Assembly: GCF_009914755.1 (NCBI RefSeq)
Contig: NC_060929.1
Length of the DNA: 64,000 nucleotides
Source: the human T2T-CHM13v2.0 reference genome, Homo sapiens
Strand: one strand, 5' to 3'
Numbering within the stretch: the first letter of the stretch is position 1; each line of letters starts with the position of its first letter. The notes beneath the pieces are model-generated. The model made no database searches. It saw only the letters and a program-made list of their open reading frames with translations, and was not told the DNA's origin. Made by a program: the position numbers and the translations under genes. Shown here one piece after another: positions 53,335 to 64,000 of this stretch.

Positions 53335-54560
53335 TCATTATAGCCAAAATTTCAAATAGCCAAGATTTGAAAAAACCTAAGTGTCTTTCAACAGAAAAAC
53401 AGATAAAGAAAATGTCACACATATACATATACTCAGCCATAAGAAAGAATAACCACTATGGAAAACAGTATGGAGATTCCTTAAAGAACTAAAAGTAGAA
53501 CTACGGTTTGATCCAGCAATCCCACTACTGAATATCTACCCAGTGGAAAAGTAGTCATTATATGAAAAAGATACTCAGATAGGCATGTTTATAGCAACAC
53601 GATTTGCAGTTGCAAAAATTTGGAATTAGCCCAAATGCCCATCAATCAATGAGTGGATAAAGAAACTGTGGTGTATATACACAATGGAATACTATTCAGC
53701 CATAAAAAGGAATGAATTAATGACATTCACAGCCACCTGGATGGAATTGGAAACTATTATTCTAAGTGAAGTAACTCAGAAATGGAAAATCAAATGTCGT
53801 ATGTTCTCACTCATAAGTGGGAGCTAAGCTATGAGGATACAAGGAAATAAGAAGGATAGAATGGACTTTGGGGAACTGGGGGGAAGGGTGAGAAGGCAGA
53901 GAGGGATTAAAGACTACAAATTGGCTTCAGTGTATACTGCTCGGGTGATGGGTGCACCAAAATCTCACAGATCACTACTAAAGAAATTATGTAACCAAAT
54001 ACCACGTGTTCCCCCAAAACCTATGGAAATAAATAATAAAAATAAATAAAATGAATAAGTTCCTGTCATTTGTAACAACATGGATGGAACTGGTCGACAC
54101 TACATTAAGTGAAATAAGCCAAGCACAGCAAGGCAAATTTTGCATGTTTTCACTTATTTGTGGGAGCTGGAAATTAAAACAGTTGAACTCATAAAGATAG
54201 AGAATAGAATAGAATGAAGGTTACCAAATGATGGGAAGGCTAGTAGTGAAAGTGCTGGGGAGTGGGGATGGTTAATGGGAACAAAATACAGATAGACAAA
54301 TGAATAAGTTTTAGTATTTGATAGCACAACAGGAAGACTACAGTTGGCAGTAATTTAACTGTACATTTAAAAGTAAATAAAAGTACAATTGAAATGTTCA
54401 TAACACAAAGAAATGATAAATGCTTGAGGTGATGAATACCCCATTTACTCTGATATGATTATTACACATTATATAGCTATATCAAAATATCTCATGTACC
54501 CCATAAATATATATACCTACTATGTAGCAATAAAAATTAAAAATTAAAAAAATTAAAAAT
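53335..54560 (+). mobile_element. L1MA2/3-like 3' end, interrupted by L1PB
   Basis: aatagccaagatttg...cctaagtgtc; resumes cctgtcatttgtaacaacatggatgg...tagtatttgatagcacaacagg...catgtaccccataaatatatatacctactatgt. Confidence 0.88.
53453..54050 (+). mobile_element. L1PB1-like 3' end nested in L1MA
   Basis: ccactatggaaaacagtatggagattcc...tgctcgggtgatgggtgcaccaaaatctcac...cccccaaaacctatggaaat; approximate TSD aa(a/t)gaataa. Confidence 0.9.
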
Positions 54561-54705
54561 CACTGATTACTATAACAGATATAATAACAATAAAGTTTGA
54601 AATTTTGTTATCATTATCAAAACTTGACACAGAGACATAAAGTTAGCACACGCTGTTGGAAAAATGACACCAATGGATTTGCTTGACGCAAGATAGCATA
54701 AACAC
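54561..54705 (-). mobile_element. Tigger1 5'-region fragment
   Basis: tgacacagagacataaagttagcacacgctgttggaaaaatg is the reverse complement of Tigger1 sequence also present at ~56820-56975. Confidence 0.8.
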
Positions 54706-55549
54706 TTTTTAGCCATGTGGCATTTTAAAGTAGATATCCACAGTACCATTCATTATACATGTAGCATTTCATTTCAAACATCTTGTGAAGAAGCCAGAAT
54801 TTCTGAAGTCAGTTTATTAGAGGTAAATTCCTTTTAGACAGCAACTACTTAAGCATGATGGTTTGAATTCAAAGGTATCATCATGATCTTGTAACAGAAT
54901 CTCATAATGAAATGATCTGTACTTGCCAAGGTTTGCCAAAGCACACTCGTTATGTCTAGAAGTTACCTTGACAAGGCTAGTTCACATGTGCTCATATTTC
55001 AAGCTATTGTAGCTCTGATACTTATTAAAAAGGCAAAGGACAAGAACATAAGTCAGAACACCTTGGCTGAATTAAGTTCAAGGATAGGTACTTGGCTTAC
55101 TAAACCTAGAATCAAGTGTCCACTGATTTCATGTTCCTGAATCACCATTACATTCTTTAAATTGCCTCACTTACCATTGTTTAAGAAAATAGACAGCTTT
55201 TGGTGAATGTGATTTGCTAAGTTTTTCTCTCTCAATTTAAACATGTGAGGCAAAAAATACATGATATTTACAAATTAATATTCATATGACATTTTGCTTA
55301 TCCTCTTAGCCATTTTTATAGAAGTAATGTCAACTTACAATTATTAGTCCTAAGCTTTTTCCTAAATACACTTAGCATTCATCATTAAAATACATGTAGA
55401 TTATCCAGGATTGTTATTTGATAACCTTTTAATTTATGTTATAATTTAATTTTTTTCTAAAACAATGTTTATCTCACACATAACATTGTCTTTTTAAACT
55501 GTTATTAAATTAGTTGAGTCTTTCATATCTAACTACTATTAAACACTAA

Positions 55550-56734
55550 ATTTCTTTTTGAGTGTTTTTTCAAAAAACATTATAAAATATTAGACATCCT
55601 TAAAAACAAAAAAGTACTCTAAGAATCCTAAATATCCTTAATCCAATTTTTACATAATGTTGAAATCACCAATGTTGCCCTCAGAAATTTCATTCCTCTC
55701 TTCCTCCCACAATATTAACCACATTATTTTCTACAAAGCTTGTATATACAAAATTTATATTGTGTTGTTTATGCAAATACTGTCTATAAGATATATGCTC
55801 ATTTATATAACATTATGGAACTTTCATTTTGTTAAATATTACACTTCCAAGATTCACATGTATTATTATGTATAACAATAAATTATTTTTACTTCTGTAT
55901 ATAAGTCCATTGTATGAATAAACACAATTTATGTATTAATTCTTATGCGGATAAAAATTTATGTTTTTCCATTGTTTTTTGTTGTGTTTTGTTTTTGCTA
56001 TTTAAAAACACTGCTGCTAGAATCAGTCCTGTCTATTTATGTTTCTTGGTAAAAGTATAAGAAAGATTTTCTGTAATCTATAATTTGAGGTGGCATTACT
56101 ATGCCATATGGTAAGTGTATCTTCAAGTTTGCTAATATTCCCAAATTGCTCTCCAATTCATATCAATTTTATGATTAGAATTAGCAATTTTTAAATGTAC
56201 TTGATTTTGTATCTTGTTTACAAAATTCTTCCTTTCCAATGCCATACATTCTTCTATATAATTTTTATAAACTTATTGAAGTATGTTATTTATCATATGA
56301 GGTTAGAATTCTATTGTTTTCTTGTGGATAACTAATTGATACAAAACTGTTTTTGTTAGATTCTTTGTTACTAGAGATTTATATTACAACTTGATATTTG
56401 CTAGGGTGATCGTCACTAAATTTTTCCACAGAAATTCCTTGGCTGCTCTTGGCCATTTGCTTTTCCACATGATGGTGAAAATCCACTTGCTACATTAAAA
56501 AATATTTTTTATTGAGATTGTGAGAAACTTATGAGTTAATATAAAGATAATTGCCATATTTAGGACACTAATTTTTCCTCTCATGAATATGTTATATATT
56601 TCAATGTAACATTTATTTTTAATGTCTTTCAATAAAGTTTTTAATGGTCTCCATAAACATTATTGCACAGCTATTGTTGAAGTTATTCTGAGACACTTTA
56701 TGATGATTGTTGCTATTACAAATGGCATTTTATA
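55550..56734 (-). mobile_element. Ancient L1M, host of Tigger1 (continues in pieces ~59742-62330)
   Basis: Antisense L1 motifs: ccattgtatgaataaacacaattt, ttggctgctcttggccatttgcttttccacatg, gttgctattacaaatggcatttt; later tcagtgggaatgcttcta, ctagaataaaccccact. Confidence 0.7.
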
Positions 56735-57199
56735 TACAAGCATACCTCATTTTATTGCACTTTCCATTATTATACTGCTCAGATATATAGAATATATATA
56801 TATATTTTAGAAATTGAATGTTTGTGGCAACCTTGTATCCAATGTCTATTGTTAGCAATTTTCCAACTTCATGTGCTCACACTATATCTCTGTGTCACAT
56901 TGTGATAACTCTCACAGTACTTCAAACTTTATTATTATTATTATTATTATATCTGCTTTGAATTCCTGTGACCAGTGATCTTTATTGTTACTATTGTAAT
57001 TGTTCTGGAGTGCCATGAACCATGCCCATAAAAGACAGTGAACTTAAATGTTGTGTGTTCTGGCTATTCCACTGATGGGCCACTGCCTCGTATCTTTTCA
57101 TCTCCTGGGGATTTCCTATTCCTTGAAACACACAATGTTGATTTTCAGCCAATTAATAACACTACAATGTCCTCTAAGTGTTTTAGTGACAGAAAGTTG

Positions 57200-58354
57200 T
57201 ACATCTCACACTTCACATCAAAAGCTAGAAATAATTAAGCTTAGTGAGGAAGGCATGTCAAGAGTTGAAATAGGTCAAAAGCTAGGCTTCTTGTGCCAAA
57301 TAGTTAGCCAAGCTGTAAATGCAAAGAAAAAGTTCTTGAAGGAAATTAAAAGTTCTACTCCAGTGAGCACACAAATGATAAAAAAAGTAAAACAGATTTA
57401 TTGCTGATATGAACAAAGTTTGAGTGGTCTGGAGAGAAGATCAAGCCAGCCAAAACGTTCCCTTAAGCTAAAGCCTAAACCAGAGCAAGGCTCTAACTCT
57501 CTTTAATTCCATGAAGGATGAGAGAGGTAAGGAAGTTGCAGAAGAAAAGTTGGAAGCTAGCAGAGGCTGGTTCATAATGTGTAAGGAAAGAAGCTGTCTC
57601 CAGAACATAAAAGTGCAAGATGAAACAGCAAGTGTTGATACAGAAACCACAGCAAGTTATCCAGAAGATCTAGCTAAGATCTTTGATGAATGTGGCTACA
57701 CTAAAAAGCATATTTTTAATGTAGACAAAACAGCCTTATATTGGAAGAAGATGCCATGTAGGACTTTCATGACTAGAGAAGAAAAGTCAATGCCTGGCTT
57801 CAAAGTTTCAAAGGAAAAGCTGAGTCTCTTATTAGGGGCTATTGTAGCTGGCAACTTGAAGTTTAAACCACTCGTCACTTACCATTTTGAAAATCCTAAG
57901 GCCCTTAAGAATCACACTAAATCTACTCTTCCTGTGCTCTCTAAATAGATCAACAAAGCTTGGATGACCACATATCTGTTTACAGCATGGTTTACTGAAT
58001 AGTTTAAACTCAATGTTGAGACCTACTGATCACAAAAAATATGTTTAAAATATTACTACTCATTCACAATGTCCCCAGTCACCTAAGCACTCTGATAATG
58101 ATGTACAAAAAATTAATGTTTTAATACCTGCTAACACAATATTCATTCCTTAGCATATGGATCAAGAAATAATTTTTACTTTCAAGTCTTACGATTTAAG
58201 AAATATATTTCATAAAGCTATAGCTGCCATAGATAGTAATTTAATTGATGGATGTGGACAAAGCCAACTGAAAACCTTCTGGAAAGAATTCACCATTCTA
58301 AATGTCATTAAAAACATTTTGGTTTATGGAGAGAGGCTAAAATATCAAAATTAA
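57200..58354 (+). pseudogene. Decayed Tigger1 transposase (CENP-B-type HTH, DDE_1)
   Basis: Peptides [47 protein letters not shown]; broken by stops and frameshifts. Confidence 0.9.
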
Positions 58355-58567
58355 TAGGGATTTGGAGTATATACTTCAATCCTCATGGCTGATGTTTAGG
58401 GGTTCAAGAACTCAGTGCAGGAAGTAACTGCAGATGTGGTAGAAATAACAAGAGAACTAGAATTAGAAGTAGATCCTGAAAATCGGATTAAATTATTGCC
58501 ATTTCATAATAAAACTTGAACAAGTGAAAAGTTCATTCTTATGGATCAGCAAAGGAAGTTGTTTCTT

Positions 58568-58764
58568 TTTTTTCTAATTAAACTGAAGAGCTTCTTTTTT
58601 ATATATATACTTTAAGTTTTAGGGTACATGTGCACAACGTGCAGGTTTGTTACATATGCATACATGTGCCATGTTGGTGTGCTGCACCCATTAACTCGTC
58701 ATTTACATTAGGTATATCTCCTAATGCTATCCCTCCCCCCTCCCCCCACCCCACAACAGTCCCT
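58568..58764 (-). mobile_element. ~200-bp L1PA5-like 3' end inserted in Tigger1
   Basis: Perfect 14-bp TSD ggaagttgtttctt at 58554-58567 and 58765-58778; antisense L1 3'UTR. Confidence 0.95.
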
Positions 58765-59026
58765 GGAAGTTGTTTCTTGAGATGAAATCTATTACTGGTG
58801 AAGATGCTGAGAACATTGTTGAAATGACAGCAAACCTTTTAGAATATTCCATAAACTGAGTTGATAAAGCAGTGGCAAGATGTGAAAGCATTGCCTCTGG
58901 TTTTGAAAGAATTTCCATTTTGGATCAAACATTATCAAACAACATGACATGCTACAGAGAAATGGTTTGTGAAAGAAGAGTTAATAAATGTGTTACATTT
59001 TATTGTCTTATGTTCCTATAGCCACC

Positions 59027-59412
59027 TGATATGGTCAGGCTTTGTGTCCCCACCCAAATCTCATCTTGAATTATAATCCGATAACCCCATAATCCCCACC
59101 TGTCAAGGGAGAGACCAGGTGGAGGTAACTGGAACATGGGGGCAGTTTCCCCTATGCTGTTGTTGTGTTAGTGAGTGATTTCTCACAAGATCTGATGATT
59201 TTATATGTCTTTGGTAGCTCTTCTTGCTTTCATTCTCTCTCCTGCCACCTTGTGAAGAAGGTGCCTGCTTCCCTTTCACCTTCTGCCATAATTGTAAGCT
59301 TCCTGAGGCCTCCCCACCCATGTGGAACTGTAAGTCAATTAAACCTCTTTCCTGTATAAAACATGCAGTCTCAGGTAGTATTTTTATAACAGTGTGAGAA
59401 TGGACTAATACA
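59027..59412 (+). mobile_element. THE1C/D MaLR solo LTR inserted in Tigger1
   Basis: tgatatggtcaggctttgtgtccccacccaaatctcatcttgaatt...aatggactaataca; TSD ccacc/ccaca. Confidence 0.92.
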
Positions 59413-60229
59413 CCACACCAGCCTTCAGCAACCACCACCCTGATTAGTCAGCAGCCATTAGCATTGAGGCAAGAACCTACACCAGCAAAAAGATTCGAAC
59501 TTTCTGAAGTTTCAGATGATTGTTAGCATTGCATAGCAATAAAGTATTTTTAATTAAGGCATGTATATTTTTATACATAATGCTATTGCACACTTACTTG
59601 ACTACTGTATAGTGAAAACATAACTTTTATGTGCATGTGCACTGGGAAACCAAAAAATGTATGTGGCTGTCTGGAGTGTGAGATTCACTTTATTGCAGTG
59701 GCCTGGAACCAAACCCATAACATCTTTGAGGTATGGCTTTAAATGTAACAGTTCTTAGTTATGTTTTAAAAATGTGCTGATCACTCCTATTAATGGGATG
59801 AATTTGTCACTATAGTCTTGTGTTTTTTATGAAAACTGTAATATAAATGACAATGATTTATTTAGGTATTTTATGTTTTTGAGAATCTTAAACCTTTTAT
59901 TTATGTTTTTCCATCCAATATTATAAAGGCTATTACCTTGTTAAATAGGAATTGTAATAATGGCCTATTTTGGGCTCTATTTGCTTGAATACCTTTATCA
60001 GATACTTTCAGTTTCTCTTATTTTTTTTGGTTGTTTTATAGGTGGAACATGACCAGATTTTATTTTTTATCTAATCATTTCTGTATTTTAATGAGGTATA
60101 TACTCCATGTTACATTTATATATTGCATGTCACATTTGAAATACTTTTTATTGTTAATTCAATATCATATATTTTATAGTCTATTTTCAAAAATACTCTA
60201 CTACCAATACCAAGTTTCCTTCTTATTAG

Positions 60230-60620
60230 GAAGAAGTGGTTATGTTGTAGAAGGAAATAACTATAATTTCTCAGTGGATTAAAGCAAAATTTGTTTTGTT
60301 TCTTCTTCTTGGCTCAGACAAATTTTGCCATGTCCAAATACCTCCTCTACATGGCTCCATTCAACGAAGTAATTCAACAATTCTGATTGTGCCAGTGGTC
60401 AGACTCATCATCTCAAAAGAAAGGGTCCTTTAAGGTTGTCACAAGTGAGAGGGAGAAATAGTAGTATCCATAGACTTTTCACTGCCTCAGCCTGGAAAGA
60501 ACACAGCAATTTCCTCTCTGATTTTATTGCTAAGAATGAGTCAGATGGTCCTGCTTGCATGAGGCTGCGAAGGCCAGTGTCCTCTGGGTCTGAAGTGGGA
60601 AATGAAGCAGTTAATAGTGA
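60230..60620 (-). mobile_element. Old MLT1-type LTR fragment
   Basis: tctcagtggattaaagcaa...gcctcagcctggaaagaacacagcaatttcc...ttattgctaagaatgagtcagatgg; weak match. Confidence 0.45.
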
Positions 60621-61011
60621 ACATTAGGAACATTTCAGATAAAATCCTGATGGCATTTTTAAGTGTTATAACTTTAAATATGTAATGTGACAAGAGTTAT
60701 AGACAAGATAATGTAAAGACTTACTTTCTAAGAAAGTAGCCTTTCCATCTGTTCATAACTTTGTGTCTTCTTCGAATCTTTAAAATATTTTAAAAGTAGA
60801 ATTTGAGCATTTCTTGCAAAGTTAATTTTCCATCTATCTTATTCATTACTAATATATATGGGACATTTCTTCATCATATTTCTTCTTTCTTCTTGTTGCA
60901 CTATGTAAGTTGTTGTTTTATATTGAAGAAAGTCCCCACTCAAAATGAAAACTGTAACAATTATAAAAGACAAAGATTTATTTAGGTATTGAAGAATTAG
61001 GTATTCTTTAG

Positions 61012-61163
61012 ACCAATGTAAGTGTTCTGAGCATGTTTAAAATAGGTTAAGCAAAGCTATGATGTTTGATAGGTTAGGAGTATTAAATGCATTTTAGACA
61101 TGGTATCTTCAGTTTGTGATGAGTTTATCAGGCTGTAACCCCACTGTAAGTTGAGGATATCTG
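61012..61163 (-). mobile_element. MER47A/Tigger5 fragment
   Basis: aatgtaagtgttctgagcatgtttaa...aggttaggagtattaaatgcatttt...gtaagttgaggatatctg followed by TA. Confidence 0.85.
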
Positions 61164-61362
61164 TATTAGTATATGCTAACTTTTTCATTACAAGAAGTTG
61201 ATTTTACTTGATTCTCTTTCACTGTACAGGTATAAAATGAAATCTTTGATAAATATTAATAATTAAACTCCTTCAATGTTTATACCTTTCATTTTTTGGT
61301 AATTATATTGTATAATGGGTACAGAGAGTTCTTGAAAAATAGTAGTGATAGAGGGTACCCCC

Positions 61363-61495
61363 TTTTTTTTTCTTACTTTTTAGAGACATAGTGTCACTAT
61401 GTTGCCCAGACTGGCATCAAACTGCTGGGCTCAAGTGATCTTCCCCAATCAGCCTCATGAGTGGCGAGGACTAGAGGCACATTCCACGGTTCTAG
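61363..61495 (-). mobile_element. FLAM / free left Alu monomer
   Basis: T-rich tail then tagagacatagtgtcactatgttgcccagactgg...ctgggctcaagtgatc. Confidence 0.8.
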
Positions 61496-61725
61496 TTGTT
61501 TTTTACTTCAGTGGGAATGCTTCTAATGTGTTCCCATTATAAATAATGCTAACCTTTGGGTTGAGATAAATACATTTTACTATGTTAGGAAAACTTTTAA
61601 TCAATTCTCATTTTTTCTATTTCTGAAAGTTTCAAAAAAAAAACTTGGGAACTAAAGTTTGTCAAATCAGTTTTCAGCATCTACAGAAATGCTCAGATAA
61701 TAATTTACTACATCCCAAATAACAT

Positions 61726-61727
<2 letters not shown>

Positions 61728-61790
<63 letters not shown>
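61728..61790. repeat. Compound (CT)n(AT)n microsatellite
   Basis: Direct read. Confidence 0.97.
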
Positions 61791-61793
<3 letters not shown>

Positions 61794-61875
61794 CAATCTA
61801 GTCCTAGAATAAACCCCACTAAAGGAAGTTATGCTTTGTTTTCAACTTCTGCTAACATTTTATTATGAATTACTA

Positions 61876-62181
<306 letters not shown>

Positions 62182-62335
62182 TTATTATATCAAAATTCAT
62201 GTTTAAAAATGTAAGATTATATGATGGTATTTTACATTTTTAAATTTTAAATTTAAATTCTTATCAATTTTATTTTTGAAGAATTTTATGCTTGAAACTG
62301 GGGATGTTTTTATTTTCTAGTTTCTAACTGGCATT

Positions 62336-64000
<1,665 letters not shown>

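Larger units (their letters stand above)
56737..59739 (+). mobile_element. Near full-length Tigger1 (pogo/TcMar) DNA transposon
   Basis: TIRs caagcatacctc...gaggtatggctt with TA on both sides (56735-36, 59740-41); internal transposase remnants. Confidence 0.95.

Noticed and set aside
57048-58354. Possible domesticated TIGD1-like gene
   Set aside because: Multiple stops, frameshifts and nested insertions indicate neutral decay.

Overview
AT-rich, CpG-poor primate (human-like) non-coding DNA, either intergenic or deep intronic, dominated by interspersed repeats: young L1PA elements, older L1PB/L1MA/L1MC/L1ME fragments, AluS and FLAM SINEs, MIR, L2, MaLR/ERVL solo LTRs and DNA transposons (near full-length Tigger1, MER33, MER58, MER47). 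I recognise no cellular protein-coding exon, RNA gene or CpG island. Nearly all long ORFs are L1 ORF2, Tigger1 transposase, Alu or LTR remnants. I cannot demonstrate a new biological system. The notable signals are structural: (1) four of five TSD- or tail-bearing L1PA3-8 insertions over 1 kb have 5' (twin-priming) inversions; (2) breakpoints of independent L1 copies pair up at nearly the same L1 coordinates; (3) a tiny L1 carries a 22-nt antisense-L1 piece between two A-tails; (4) an Alu/L1M/Alu composite may share one TSD; (5) a 64-bp near-perfect palindrome; (6) a perfect 63-bp tandem duplication; (7) a few CpG-retaining unique patches that may be conserved elements. Subfamily calls are from recalled consensus motifs, not a RepeatMasker run. 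Boundaries of old repeats are approximate.
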